64,000 bases of DNA from an uncultured Acidobacteriota bacterium (GCA_903851035.1 CAINND010000099.1:88-64087), one strand, 5' to 3'. Counted from the stretch's first letter, positions 25,520-35,755 are shown. Translations and numbers: made by a program. The notes: generated from the letters alone by a model not told the origin.

Positions 25520-27970
25520 ATGGCCGAGGCTGCCAAATTCATTGACCGCGCTGAAAAGCTCCTGGATAAGGGCAAGCCGGAGCTCGCCCTGGCGGAGTTC
25601 CGGAGCGCGCTTGAGCTTGAGCCGCAGAACGAGGCGCTGCTGCACAAGGCGGCCGACCTCAGCATGAGCCTGGGGCAGTTGGGCGTCGCCAGTGACATGC
25701 TGCGCCGCCTCTTTTCCCGCGCCGTGGACGGCAAAAAGCTGGGCGAGGCCGGGCTGGTCTTCCGCAAACTGCAAAGGCTCAAGGCGCTCGATCCCGAGAT
25801 GGTGGTGCGCTACGCCGACCTCTGCGAGAGCACCAGCCGACGCGAAGCCGGCGAGGCTTATCGCGTGGCCTTCGAGGAGTTCCAGCGCCTGGGCGACGGT
25901 CATCGCGCGCTGGAGTGCATCAGCCGCGCCCTGGAACTCGACCCCAAGCTGGACGACTTCCGTGAGCAGGCGCGCATTGCCGAGGCCATGCATGAGCCGA
26001 AGCTGGCGGCCACGGCCCTGGTGCGCCAGGCCGTCATGCTGGAGCGCCTGGGCCAGGATGCCGGGCCCATTTACGAGCGCGCCTTCAGCGACGATCCCAA
26101 CAACATGGCTGCCCGCCTGGGCTGGGGCCGCGCCCTGCTGGCCGATGGCCGCGCCTCCGAGGCCGTGGACCTGCTGCACCCGCTGGCCAGCTATCCCAGC
26201 AGTCCCGACGAGGCGCGCGAGCCCTACGCGCTGGCCCTGCTTGCCATGGGTCGCGTGGAAGACGCCGAGCCCTACGCCTGGGGCCTCTTCGAGCGCAATC
26301 CCAAGGAGAACCTCGCCACCCTGCACACGGTAATTGGCGGGCTGCTCGACCGCGGCCGCGATGAACGCGCGCTCGAGCTGGCCCGCAAGCTGGAAGATCA
26401 CAGCCGCAAGGCCGGCATGCGCGGCCAGTTCATGCAGGACATGGCGCAACTGGCCGACCAGCGCAAGACCAGCATCGCGTTCCTGGAATACCTGGCTGAG
26501 ATTTACAACAGCGCCAACCGTGAAATCGATTATGCGCAGATTCTCGGCCGCCTGTTTGACGCCTACTTTGCCACCGAGCAGTACGCCCGCGCGCTCGATG
26601 CGCTGGATCGCTCGGTGGACATCGATCCCTACGAGGCCGAGCACAAGGTGCGCATGAACAAGCTGGCCGGCCATGCTCCGGAGGAGCGTCTGCAGGTTGT
26701 GGCTCGTCGCCTCGGCGTGGCTCCGCCCGAGGCGCTGACGGTCTCCGCCGACGAGGCCGTCGAGGAGAATCCCGCCCCCAAGGTGCTGGAGAACCTGATC
26801 CTGCAGGCCGAGATCTTTCTGCAATACGACATGAAGGACCGGGCGATGCAGCAGATCGAGCAGATACAGCGCGGCTTTGCCGGTGAGATTGAAAGCGATC
26901 CGCGGGTGCGTCAGCTCTTCATGAATGCCGGGCTGCCGGTGCCGGAGCGCGCCGAAACCGTGGTGGAACGCAACCGCATGGCCGACAGCATGGTGCGCGC
27001 CGCCGAGGTCAGCCGCCTCATCGCCCGCCAGACCGATCCCCACAACGTGCTGGTGACGGCCGTCAACCAGATTGGCACCCGCTGGCAGTACAGCCGCTGC
27101 CTGGCCGCGCTGGCAACGCCCGGCAAGCCGCCCTCCATGGTGGTGGAGTACTGCTCGCCGGAGGTGGCGAAGAGCGAGCGCGCGGCGATGGTTCGCCTGC
27201 TGGCGCTCAGCCAGCGCCTCACCCTCACCGAGCCGGTCTTCCGCGCTGCCGACGTGACCATGGCTGATTCGCTGGCGCCCATCAAGGCCGAGCTGGCGCG
27301 CCTCAACATCCACTCGCTGGCCGTACTGGCCATGATCAGCGAGGACAAGACCATCGGTTTGCTGATGGTGCAGCAGTGCGGCGTGCGCCGCCGCTGGTCG
27401 CCGGACGATATGGCCCTGCTGCGCTCCCTGGCCGACCAGATGGCAATGGCCGTGCACGGCGCGCGCCTGCGCTCGCTGGTCAGCACCCTGGGCGTGGCCG
27501 AGGAGAAGACCGGACTGCTCAAGCGCTCGGCATACCTGGCCGCCGTGGTCAGTGAACTGGGGCGGCAAAAGGAGACGGGCGATGCCAGCGGAACCCTGGC
27601 GCTGCTGCAGGTCAGCATGTTGACCTCGCAGAGTGAAGACGAGTTCGCCATCTCAGAGATGACCCGCACCCTGCGCAGCATGGCGCAGGATGACGCCATG
27701 AGCTTCCGCTACGACCGCGACACGGTTGCCCTGCTGATGCCGCACGCGCCCGCCGCACAGGTGGAGATGCTGGTGGAAAAGCTGCGTGAGGCCATGGACC
27801 CGATCGGGGTAACCATCACGGCCGGCATTGCGCAGGCCGCCCCGAATAACGGCTACGAACCGGAGGACCTGGCCACCGAGTGGGTGAATCGCGTGGCGCG
27901 TGCGCTGGTCAAGGCCGCGACGGTGAATGAGCGCGTCAGCGTCCTGCCGCCACAGTCCTTGCCGTCCTAG
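25520..27970 (+). CDS. TPR-repeat / GAF / degenerate GGDEF-domain signalling protein
   Basis: 816 aa. N-terminal TPR-like repeats (LALAEFRSALELEPQNEALL...) are followed by a GAF-like segment (LAVLAMISEDKTIGLLMVQQ...). The C-terminal cyclase-like fold has FRYDRDTVALLMP in place of R-x-GGDEF. Confidence 0.7.
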   Translation: MAEAAKFIDRAEKLLDKGKPELALAEFRSALELEPQNEALLHKAADLSMSLGQLGVASDMLRRLFSRAVDGKKLGEAGLVFRKLQRLKALDPEMVVRYADLCESTSRREAGEAYRVAFEEFQRLGDGHRALECISRALELDPKLDDFREQARIAEAMHEPKLAATALVRQAVMLERLGQDAGPIYERAFSDDPNNMAARLGWGRALLADGRASEAVDLLHPLASYPSSPDEAREPYALALLAMGRVEDAEPYAWGLFERNPKENLATLHTVIGGLLDRGRDERALELARKLEDHSRKAGMRGQFMQDMAQLADQRKTSIAFLEYLAEIYNSANREIDYAQILGRLFDAYFATEQYARALDALDRSVDIDPYEAEHKVRMNKLAGHAPEERLQVVARRLGVAPPEALTVSADEAVEENPAPKVLENLILQAEIFLQYDMKDRAMQQIEQIQRGFAGEIESDPRVRQLFMNAGLPVPERAETVVERNRMADSMVRAAEVSRLIARQTDPHNVLVTAVNQIGTRWQYSRCLAALATPGKPPSMVVEYCSPEVAKSERAAMVRLLALSQRLTLTEPVFRAADVTMADSLAPIKAELARLNIHSLAVLAMISEDKTIGLLMVQQCGVRRRWSPDDMALLRSLADQMAMAVHGARLRSLVSTLGVAEEKTGLLKRSAYLAAVVSELGRQKETGDASGTLALLQVSMLTSQSEDEFAISEMTRTLRSMAQDDAMSFRYDRDTVALLMPHAPAAQVEMLVEKLREAMDPIGVTITAGIAQAAPNNGYEPEDLATEWVNRVARALVKAATVNERVSVLPPQSLPS

Positions 27971-28041
27971 TTCCGCTCCCCCGCTGCGTGCTACACTACC
28001 CCCGCTGAACGTTCGCTATTTCCCCATTCGGCGGTTGAAAC

Positions 28042-29493
28042 ATGCCAACCAGTGCGATTTTGCAGCGCTTCCGTGATGCTGTTTCCCGGTATCCGGAACG
28101 GGATGCCATCATCGGCACCGACTACACGATCACCTACTCCGAGCTGGAGCGCCGCGCCGCCAGCGTGGCTCGCCGCATCACGGAGCGCACCACCGGGCCA
28201 ACCGTGGCTCTTCTCTACCAGAACAAGCCGGAGTTTGCCGCGCTGCTGCTGGGCGCCCTGTGGGCCGGCAAGACCGTGGCCGTGCTGCCTACCCTGGCCC
28301 CGCCGCCGCTGCTCAAGCTGATGTGCATGGAGACCGGCGTCGATCTGATCATCACCGGCGAGGAGTTCGTGCCGGCCCTGACCGCCGTGGCAATGTCCTG
28401 CTGGATTGGCGATGCCAGCCCGGAGTTCGCACCCGCGCAGGTGCCAGTGCAGCCGGTGGCCGCAGAGGTGGCCGTGCTGCTTTACACCAGCGGCACCACC
28501 GGCCGCCCCAAGGCCGTCGCCCTCAGCGAACAGAACATCCTGACCAACGTGGAAGGATGCATCGCGGCCACCGGTTTTGACGACAAACAGGTGATGCTGG
28601 CCATCCTGCCACTCTTCCACGCCTACGGACTGACGGTCAGCACGCTGCTGCCATTGACCACCGGGGCCAGCGTCGTGGTGCCGGAAAAGTTCATTCCGCG
28701 CCAGGTGCTGCAACTCATTGAGAAGCATCGCATCAGTTGCCTCATCGCCGTGCCCGCGCAGTATCGCGTGCTGGTCAAGGAGCCCCTGCCGGTGGACGCC
28801 AGCTCCCTGTGGCTGTGCATCGCCGGAGCCGAGCGCCTGCCGGAGCAGGTGGCCCGCGAGTTCCAGGCGCGCTTCAACCGTCCGCTGGTGCAGGGTTACG
28901 GCACCACGGAGCTTTCTCCGGTGGTCAGCTTCAGCCCCGCGGAAGATAACGCACTCGGCTCGGTGGGCCGTCCGCTGCCCAACATCCAGGTCACCATCCG
29001 CGACGATAACGATCAACCGCTGCCCACGGGCGAAATTGGCGAGGTCTGCGTCAGCGGCCCCTCGGTCATGCTCGGCTACCTGGGTGACCGCGATGCTACC
29101 AACCGCAAGGTTCGCCAGGGCGTGCTGCATACCAGCGACAAGGGCTTTCTGGACAAGGATGGCTACCTCCACCTGGTGGGCCGCGCCGACGATCTGGTCA
29201 AGGTGAGCGGCGAAAAGGTGTACCCGAGCGAGGTGGAAAACGCTCTGGAGACCATTGACGGCGTCGAAGAGGCGGCCGTCGTCGCCATCCCGGATGAAAA
29301 GCACGGCTCGCGCCTGGAGGCCTACGTGCAACTGCGCCAGGGCATCCAGTTGGACGAGCACCAGTTGCGCTCCGCCTGCCGCGAGATGCTGGAACCCTAC
29401 AAGATTCCGCGCGGCTTCCACTTTGTTGGGCAGATGCCACGCACCATGACCGGCAAAACCGATAAACGCTCACTGCTGACGGCGGCGGGGTAA
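28042..29493 (+). CDS. AMP-dependent synthetase/ligase (acyl-CoA ligase family)
   Basis: 483 aa. Motifs LLYTSGTTGRPKAV, GYGTTE, LHTSDKGFLDKDGYLHLVGRADDLVKVSGEKVYP and PRTMTGK are present. Confidence 0.85.
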   Translation: MPTSAILQRFRDAVSRYPERDAIIGTDYTITYSELERRAASVARRITERTTGPTVALLYQNKPEFAALLLGALWAGKTVAVLPTLAPPPLLKLMCMETGVDLIITGEEFVPALTAVAMSCWIGDASPEFAPAQVPVQPVAAEVAVLLYTSGTTGRPKAVALSEQNILTNVEGCIAATGFDDKQVMLAILPLFHAYGLTVSTLLPLTTGASVVVPEKFIPRQVLQLIEKHRISCLIAVPAQYRVLVKEPLPVDASSLWLCIAGAERLPEQVAREFQARFNRPLVQGYGTTELSPVVSFSPAEDNALGSVGRPLPNIQVTIRDDNDQPLPTGEIGEVCVSGPSVMLGYLGDRDATNRKVRQGVLHTSDKGFLDKDGYLHLVGRADDLVKVSGEKVYPSEVENALETIDGVEEAAVVAIPDEKHGSRLEAYVQLRQGIQLDEHQLRSACREMLEPYKIPRGFHFVGQMPRTMTGKTDKRSLLTAAG

Positions 29494-29499
29494 GGGCGG

Positions 29500-29532
29500 G
29501 TTTCAAAGTTTCAAGGTTGCAAGGTTTCAAAG
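29500..29532. repeat. Four tandem 8-bp units GTTTCAAA GTTTCAAG GTTGCAAG GTTTCAAAG
   Basis: Read directly from the sequence. The units sit between the ligase stop (29493) and the terminator hairpin. Confidence 0.8.
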
Positions 29533-29535
29533 ACA

Positions 29536-29575
29536 AAGGGCTGGGGTGAGCGATCATCCCGGCCCTTTTGTTTTG
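29536..29575 (+). terminator. Rho-independent terminator
   Basis: AAGGGCTGGG-12 nt loop-CCCGGCCCTT followed by TTGTTTT. Confidence 0.6.
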
Positions 29576-29605
29576 AATTCTTTGTGCGCAGTGCAGCCGT
29601 CTATC

Positions 29606-30286
29606 TTAGTTTTTGACCACCACGCAGTTGTTACCCGCCAGCGGAATCACGGCCACCTGCTTATCTGCAAAGTACTCCTGAAAGGCCTTCACCACGCCAT
29701 CCAGGTAAGGGTAGTCATGCGACAGGATGATTCCGCCGGGGTTCATTCGCGGCCAGAAGAATTGCAGGCCGGCCAGCGTGCTGTCATATATATCCACGTC
29801 AAGGTGCACAAAGGAGAAGGTGGCATTCTCCACCGCTGGTGTCACGCTCTGGGGAAAGAATCCCGGATGGAAAGTGATACGTCCGGCATGCGTGGCAAGG
29901 CGTGCACGTACGGCTTCCAGCGGAGAAGCATAGTCACCCTGGTCGAGTTTGCCCTCACCAGATGGCAGCCCGGCAAAGGTGTCAAACAAATACAGATGTC
30001 GGGTGGGGGAGGACGCTGCTAGCATTATCGCTGCCGTGCCACCCTGGAAGACTCCAAGCTCGGCCATCTCACCTGGGATGGTCTGGCTGGCCCGCACAGC
30101 ATTGAACAGCTCGACACACTCTAGCGGGGTGGTAACTGTGCTGGCCAGTTGCTTGGCCCGCCGTGCTACCTGCATCGCCTCACTCCGCAGAGGATGGCGG
30201 TAGTTCGCAAGCCCGTACGAGGCTTTTCCCAAGAGGTCATGCATCATTAGCTGAAAGCTGTTGGTCAGGTTTGTCAGAAGTTGCAT
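29606..30286 (-). CDS. Class I SAM-dependent methyltransferase, TylF/MycF (macrocin O-methyltransferase)-like
   Basis: 226 aa. Motifs ELGVFQGGTAAIM, LYLFDTFAGLP and HLDVDIYDSTLAGLQFFWPRMNPGGIILSHDY are present. Confidence 0.8.
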   Translation of the reverse strand: MQLLTNLTNSFQLMMHDLLGKASYGLANYRHPLRSEAMQVARRAKQLASTVTTPLECVELFNAVRASQTIPGEMAELGVFQGGTAAIMLAASSPTRHLYLFDTFAGLPSGEGKLDQGDYASPLEAVRARLATHAGRITFHPGFFPQSVTPAVENATFSFVHLDVDIYDSTLAGLQFFWPRMNPGGIILSHDYPYLDGVVKAFQEYFADKQVAVIPLAGNNCVVVKN

Positions 30287-30416
30287 GGTTGAGGCAACTG
30301 GGCTTTCTTATTGCGGCGTCTGATTCCTCATCAGTTTACCAAATAGATGGGTTGCCCGGGAAAACAGGGAACCAATCGCCCGGAGCCCGCGTATCATTTC
30401 ACCGGAGGCTAAGGCG

Positions 30417-30710
30417 ATGTTCTTCCTTCTGTGGCTGATTTTGCTTTTCTTCTGCTGGCCGCTGGCACTCGTGGCCCTGGTGATGATTCCCTTGCTGTGG
30501 CTGCTGCTGTTGCCGCTGCGCATCCTCGGCTTGGCCATCCACGCCCCGCTGGTCATCCTGTGGACGCTGGTGCTGCTGCCCTTTGTGCTGCTGCGCGGGC
30601 CGCGCCACACGCACCACTACTACTATGCCCAGGCCTACCCGCCGCCTCCGGGATACCCGCCGCCGGGACAGTACCCTCCGCCCGGATACGGCCCGTACCG
30701 TCGCTGGTAA
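30417..30710 (+). CDS. Small membrane protein with Pro/Tyr-rich C-terminal tail
   Basis: 97 aa. GGAGG lies 9 nt upstream of the ATG. It has three hydrophobic helices and the tail YYYAQAYPPPPGYPPPGQYPPPGYGPYRRW. Confidence 0.55.
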   Translation: MFFLLWLILLFFCWPLALVALVMIPLLWLLLLPLRILGLAIHAPLVILWTLVLLPFVLLRGPRHTHHYYYAQAYPPPPGYPPPGQYPPPGYGPYRRW

Positions 30711-30714
30711 CGGC

Positions 30715-33507
30715 CTACTGCGGGGTTGCCCCGCACAGCGCCTGTCCGGTGTAGCTCTTCTTCACCCGCGCCACCTGCTCGGGAGTTCCGGTGGCCACCA
30801 CTCGTCCGCCGTCCTCGCCGCCCTCGGGGCCGAGGTCAATGATCCAGTCCGCGTTGCGGATGACGTCCAGATTGTGCTCGATGATGATGATCGAGTTGCC
30901 CAGGTCAGTCAGCCGGTGCAGCACTTCGAGCAGCCGGGCCACGTCTTCAAAGTGCAGGCCTGTCGTCGGCTCGTCCAGCAGATAAAGCGTGCGTCCCGTC
31001 TGGCGTTTGCTCAGCTCGCGCGCCAGCTTGATGCGCTGTGCCTCTCCGCCGCTGAGGGTCACCGAAGATTGACCAAGGTGAATGTATCCCAGGCCGACAT
31101 CCACCAGCGTTTGCAGCTTCTGCCGCGCCTGCGGAATGTTTTCCAGCACCGTGAGCGCCTCGCTGATCGGCGTATCCAGCAGGTCGGCGATGCTGTGTCC
31201 CCGGTAGTGCACGGCCAGCGTCTCACGGTTATAGCGGCGCCCTCCGCAGACCTCGCACAGCACGTACACGTCGGGCAAAAAATTCATTTCAATGCGGCGC
31301 TGGCCCTCGCCCTGGCAGGCCTCGCAGCGGCCGCCCGGGACGTTAAAGCTGAAGCGTCCCGCCTTGTATCCGCGCTCGCGAGATTCCGGCAGCATGGCAT
31401 AGATCTCGCGAATCTGGGTGAAGACTCCGGTGTAGGTGGCCGGGTTCGAGCGCGGCGTGCGCCCAATGGGGGATTGATCGATGCGGATGACCTTGTCGAT
31501 CTCCCCGGCGCCGGTGATCGTCTTGTGCGCGCCGGGCTCCTGCCGCGAGCGGTAAATCTTCTGCGCCAGCGCGGCGTACAGAATGTCATTCACAAGTGTC
31601 GATTTACCGCTGCCGCTCACGCCGGTCACCACGGTCATCACGCCCAGCGGAAAGCTGACGTCGAGGTTCTTGAGGTTGTTGGCCCGCGCGCCCTGCACGC
31701 AGATGGCGTTTCCGTTTACCTTGCGGCGCTCGTGGCGCACGGGGATGGTGCGGCGTCCGCTGATGTACTGGCCGGTCAGCGACTGCTCGCAGGCGGCGAT
31801 CTCCGCTGGCGTTCCGGCGGCCACCAGTTCTCCGCCGTGTTTGCCCGCTCCGGGACCAAGGTCGATGACGTAGTCGGCGCGCCGGATGGTCTCCTCGTCG
31901 TGCTCCACGATCAGCACGGTGTTGCCCAGGTCGCGCAGGCTCTCCAGCGATTGCAGCAACTTCTCGTTATCACGCGCGTGCAGGCCAATGGAGGGCTCAT
32001 CCAGCACGTACAGCACGCCGCGCAGCCGCGATCCAATCTGCGTGGCCAGCCGGATGCGCTGACCCTCGCCACCACTCAAGGTGGCCGCCGAGCGATCCAG
32101 CGACAGGTAACCGAGGCCTACGCGCGCGAGGAAGCCGAGACGTTCGCGAATCTCCGCAACCACGCGCCCGGCAATCTTTTCCTCGCGCTCATTCAGTTCG
32201 ATGCCGGCGGCCGACTCCACCGCGCGGCTGATGCTGAGCGCGGCAAAGTCCGCGATGCTGAGGCCGTTGACCCGCACGGCCAGGCTCTCCGGACGCAGCC
32301 GCCGCCCCTGGCACACTGTGCATGGCGTGGCGCTCATGTACTGCATCAGGTACTCGCGATAGGCCTCGGTGGTCACCTCGTCCATCGTCTGTTTATGAAA
32401 GGCGAGGATGCCCTTGAAGCCCGTGCGCGCGCGCCGCGCCGGGTCGCCGTAAAGCAGAAACTTCTGCTGCTCCTCACTCAACGTTTCGAAAGGCTCACTC
32501 AGGCGGATGCCCTTCTCCTCGGCCGCCCTGCGCACCATGCTCTGCAATGTGGCGGAGCCCGCACCGGGTCCAAGCCCGCCGTCAAAGAGCGGCTTCGACC
32601 AGTCCACAATGACCTTTGCCGGGTCAAAGTCATAGCGCGAACCCAGCCCGCTGCACTCCGGGCAGGCGCCGTAGGTGGAGTTGAAGCTGAACGAGCGCGG
32701 CTCCAGTTGCGCCACGCTGATGCCGCACTCCGGGCAGGCCAGGCGCGAGCTGTAGAGCTGCTCTTCGCCGCCCACCACGCTCACCACCACCAGTCCGCTG
32801 CCCAGCTTCATGGCCACGTCCACGCTGTTGCCCAGGCGCTTCTCAATGCCGGGCTTCACCAGCAGGCGGTCCACCACAATCTCGATGGTGTGGTTGCGGC
32901 GCTTGTCCAGCTTGATCTCTTCTTCAATGGAGCGCAGTTCGCCATCAATGCGGGCGCGGGTAAAGCCGTGTGCGGCAAGTTTTTCCAGTTCGCGGGTGAA
33001 CTCGCCCTTGCGGCCGCGCACGATGGGCGCCAGTAACATCACTCGCGGCTCGCTGCCCGCCTCGCTGTTGCGCGCCAGGTCGAGGATACGGGTGGTGATC
33101 TGCTCCGCCGACTGGCGGCTGATGGCCTTTCCGCACTGCGGGCAATGGGGAATGCCGATGGAGCTGTAAAGCAGCCGCAGGTAGTCGTAAATTTCCGTGA
33201 TGGTACCAACGGTCGAGCGCGGACTGCGCGAGGTGGTCTTCTGCTCAATGCTGATGGCCGGGCTCAGGCCGTCGATGGCGTCCACGTCGGGGCGCTCCAT
33301 CTGGTCCAGGAACTGCCGGGCGTAGGCGGAAAGGGTCTCCACGTAGCGGCGCTGGCCCTCGGCGTAGATGGTGTCAAAGGCGAGCGAGCTTTTGCCGCTG
33401 CCGCTCAGCCCGGTAATCACCGTCAGCGTATTGCGCGGGATGGCAACGTCGATGTTCTTCAGGTTGTGCTGGCGCGCGCCGCGCACCGTGATGTTGCGGA
33501 TGCCCAT
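30715..33507 (-). CDS. uvrA: Excinuclease ABC subunit A
   Basis: From ATG 33507 it reads [55 protein letters not shown]. It has two ABC modules and zinc-finger Cys clusters ([18 protein letters not shown]). The track start 33615 adds 36 unlikely residues. Confidence 0.95.
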   Translation of the reverse strand: MGIRNITVRGARQHNLKNIDVAIPRNTLTVITGLSGSGKSSLAFDTIYAEGQRRYVETLSAYARQFLDQMERPDVDAIDGLSPAISIEQKTTSRSPRSTVGTITEIYDYLRLLYSSIGIPHCPQCGKAISRQSAEQITTRILDLARNSEAGSEPRVMLLAPIVRGRKGEFTRELEKLAAHGFTRARIDGELRSIEEEIKLDKRRNHTIEIVVDRLLVKPGIEKRLGNSVDVAMKLGSGLVVVSVVGGEEQLYSSRLACPECGISVAQLEPRSFSFNSTYGACPECSGLGSRYDFDPAKVIVDWSKPLFDGGLGPGAGSATLQSMVRRAAEEKGIRLSEPFETLSEEQQKFLLYGDPARRARTGFKGILAFHKQTMDEVTTEAYREYLMQYMSATPCTVCQGRRLRPESLAVRVNGLSIADFAALSISRAVESAAGIELNEREEKIAGRVVAEIRERLGFLARVGLGYLSLDRSAATLSGGEGQRIRLATQIGSRLRGVLYVLDEPSIGLHARDNEKLLQSLESLRDLGNTVLIVEHDEETIRRADYVIDLGPGAGKHGGELVAAGTPAEIAACEQSLTGQYISGRRTIPVRHERRKVNGNAICVQGARANNLKNLDVSFPLGVMTVVTGVSGSGKSTLVNDILYAALAQKIYRSRQEPGAHKTITGAGEIDKVIRIDQSPIGRTPRSNPATYTGVFTQIREIYAMLPESRERGYKAGRFSFNVPGGRCEACQGEGQRRIEMNFLPDVYVLCEVCGGRRYNRETLAVHYRGHSIADLLDTPISEALTVLENIPQARQKLQTLVDVGLGYIHLGQSSVTLSGGEAQRIKLARELSKRQTGRTLYLLDEPTTGLHFEDVARLLEVLHRLTDLGNSIIIIEHNLDVIRNADWIIDLGPEGGEDGGRVVATGTPEQVARVKKSYTGQALCGATPQ

Positions 33508-33841
33508 CGTTTGAGGTTTCCGCTGAAAGGCCCTCCACCCCCGGCGCCGCGGGCCGCCAAGGCTGGCGGAGTGCCGTCGGTCGCCCACCCGGAGCAGGGA
33601 AGACAGTTCAACCAATGTATCTTATTTGGCAATAGCGGCCGGGGTCAATCCGGGCAATAGTGGTCAGGACGGATGTAGATTGCCGCCGGTTCATGAATTT
33701 TCGGTTTCGGCGTGCGCCAGCTCACACCACGGCGCGCCGGGCCGGTATAGGATAAAAAACAGGGGCGGAAGTTGCCGCCATGCGCCGGGTACTCACCGCG
33801 GCGTGGAAGGGGTTGGGTTCGGGTCTGTGATCTCGTTGTTC

Positions 33842-34003
33842 ATGTCGCTGGTAATGATTGCGGTGGTTGTGCTCTCGCTGGCCTTTGGCGTGGTGCTTGG
33901 TTACGCCATCATCTTCGGAATCCTGTATGTCTTCGACCGCAGCCGCCGTGCTTCCGTCCTGCCGGTCACGCGCGTGCTCCGCTCCTCCGCCGGCAGCGAC
34001 TAA
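33842..34003 (+). CDS. Possible small single-TM membrane protein
   Basis: Internal ATG of track ORF 33626..34003. It reads MSLVMIAVVVLSLAFGVVLGYAIIFGILYVFDRSRRAS... There is no homology argument, so support is weak. Confidence 0.3.
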   Translation: MSLVMIAVVVLSLAFGVVLGYAIIFGILYVFDRSRRASVLPVTRVLRSSAGSD

Positions 34004-34105
34004 CCTCCGGCCGCGCGCAACAAAACGCGCTCCCCGCGGAGCGCGCCTGGCATCTCAAATTTCCTTGTCAAAAGCCTAAAGTTTTTTGTCCTGCTCCAGC
34101 GGTGC

Positions 34106-34927
34106 TTACTGCGGCTGCGGCCGGGACTGGTTGCGCAGCTCCTGGTAGATCTGCTCCACCGACTTCGGCGCGTCGGGCGGCATGATGCCTTCCTTCTGCG
34201 CTGTCGGGGTCACCTCCAGGTTCAGGGGCTTCACGTCGTGCGGGGGAATCTCCTCCGGCTCCGCTTCCTCTTCAGTCTCTTCCTTGGGAGTCTCTTCGGC
34301 TCTCTTGATCGCGGGCAGGTTCCTGGTCGGCTCAGGTTTTGTGGCCGCGGGTGTTCCCATGCTCTCCTTGGCCTCGCGTCCCGCCGGATTCAACACGATA
34401 CGGCTGATCGCTTCCGGGTGGCCGCTATCGCCCAGGATGATGTAGTCGTAGGGCGTGCCCTCCAGCAGTGCGGTCAGCACCTGGTCGGGTTGCCCGGGGC
34501 CAAGGTGGATGGCGACGCGTTCGGTGGGCGTGGGGCCATCCAGGGTCGCGCCCATTGCCTTCTGCACACCGCTCAGCACGTCGCTCAGGGTGGAGTTCGG
34601 CGCGTCAATCGTCAGCATGCCGTCGGCCAGGGTCACGCTGGGTTTCACCGCGGGTTCGTTCATCAGCCAGGCGGGCAGCGGCGGCTGCTCCTGCGCGGGC
34701 AGGGGCTGCGCCTTGACCACGGCCTTCGATGCCGGTTTGTAGTGACGCGGTGCAGCCTTTGGCGCGGGCTTCGCCTGCGGCCGGGTTGCCGCAACCTTGG
34801 GCGCATCCGGCTTGACGGGCGTGTCGGTGGCGCGAAGCGGTGCCGACACGGACAGCAGGCAGGCGGCTACCAGCAGGGCTTGCAGCAATCGTGCGCAATG
34901 TGTGTGCCGGCCTCGGTCTAGCATCAT
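34106..34927 (-). CDS. Secreted protein, Pro/Lys-rich N-region and possible STN-like (secretin/TonB short N-terminal) domain
   Basis: 273 aa. The signal peptide is LLQALLVAACLLSVSAPLRA. The segment MLTIDAPNSTLSDVLSGVQKAMGATLDG...VAIHL...QVLTALLEGTPYDYII has an STN-like pattern. The tail is acidic. A minus-strand terminator hairpin (GCGCTCC-gcgg-GGAGCGC plus GTTTTGTTG) lies at about 34013-34044. Confidence 0.6.
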   Translation of the reverse strand: MMLDRGRHTHCARLLQALLVAACLLSVSAPLRATDTPVKPDAPKVAATRPQAKPAPKAAPRHYKPASKAVVKAQPLPAQEQPPLPAWLMNEPAVKPSVTLADGMLTIDAPNSTLSDVLSGVQKAMGATLDGPTPTERVAIHLGPGQPDQVLTALLEGTPYDYIILGDSGHPEAISRIVLNPAGREAKESMGTPAATKPEPTRNLPAIKRAEETPKEETEEEAEPEEIPPHDVKPLNLEVTPTAQKEGIMPPDAPKSVEQIYQELRNQSRPQPQ

Positions 34928-35112
34928 GATCTCGTTTCCGGTGGGCCGGGTAAAAGCTGCGCCGCGGCCAATGCGAGGATTTTACCTTGTAAGCGCTTCC
35001 GTGTGCAGAGAGTGCCGCTGTCGGCGATTGCGAATCTGTTGCCTGCTCACCGGCGGCCACCAGAAAAAGGAACGCGACTTGCCAGGCTGGTATTGCCGCA
35101 TGCCGGTCTCGG

Positions 35113-35511
35113 CTACCACATCTGGAGCACGCGCGGTTCAAACCTCTGCAGGCCCAGCAGATGCAAGGCTTCCGGCAGGGAGCGGACAACCTCCACGTCA
35201 GAGCGGGTTCGGCTGCCCATGCCTTCAAACATTCTTGTCATGCCAAAGGCTAGATCCTGCGGTGCCACCACCATCCGTCGAAAATCGTCTGGAACAAGCG
35301 GAGGATTCCCTGCCAGCGCCTTCACCCCGGCGGGGGTAACCTCAAACGACGCCACGTCGCTGAAATCAGAGATGCTGGAGACCGGGCCATGCTCGGCGAT
35401 CCATTCGCGCACCATATGGTAGCGATCCAGAAGAACCTGGTCGTCGAGAATGTCTTCAAAATGAATGTATAGGATGCGAGCCTTGTCATCCCAACTCAGG
35501 AATTCGCCCAT
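35113..35511 (-). CDS. Hypothetical cytoplasmic protein, possibly STAS/SpoIIAA-like fold
   Basis: 132 aa with an alternating beta/alpha-type pattern (ILYIHFEDILDDQVL...ISDFSDVASFEVTPAGVKAL...). The fold assignment is tentative. Confidence 0.5.
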   Translation of the reverse strand: MGEFLSWDDKARILYIHFEDILDDQVLLDRYHMVREWIAEHGPVSSISDFSDVASFEVTPAGVKALAGNPPLVPDDFRRMVVAPQDLAFGMTRMFEGMGSRTRSDVEVVRSLPEALHLLGLQRFEPRVLQMW

Positions 35512-35727
35512 AAATCCCCCAACTAAACGCAGATTCTATCGGACGAGATATATCTACCCTCGTTTTGCATTGGGGGGAGGAAAGCCAACGACAGTGTATG
35601 AGCCAGCTTGCAGTATCTCAAGCGGAAATCATCGCAATTGTCATTGCCGCAAGGAATTCCCCATACCGGCCCTTTCTACGCGCCGTTATAGTGAAAATAC
35701 TTCTGGGTTACATTCGCATCGCAATGC

Positions 35728-35755
35728 TTGACTTCCCGAATGGTCACGCTAGAAT
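35728..35755 (+). promoter_or_regulatory. Sigma-70-type promoter TTGACT-n16-TAGAAT
   Basis: The -35 element is at 35728-35733 and the -10 at 35750-35755, about 36 nt upstream of the small ORF at 35791. Confidence 0.5.

Noticed and set aside
33626-33841. The upstream two-thirds of track ORF 33626..34003, and ORFs 33772..34185 and 33858..34079.
   Set aside because: They are Arg/Gly/His-rich with no motif and lie in the uvrA promoter region. Only the hydrophobic C-terminal 53 codons (from ATG 33842) look protein-like, and even that call is weak.
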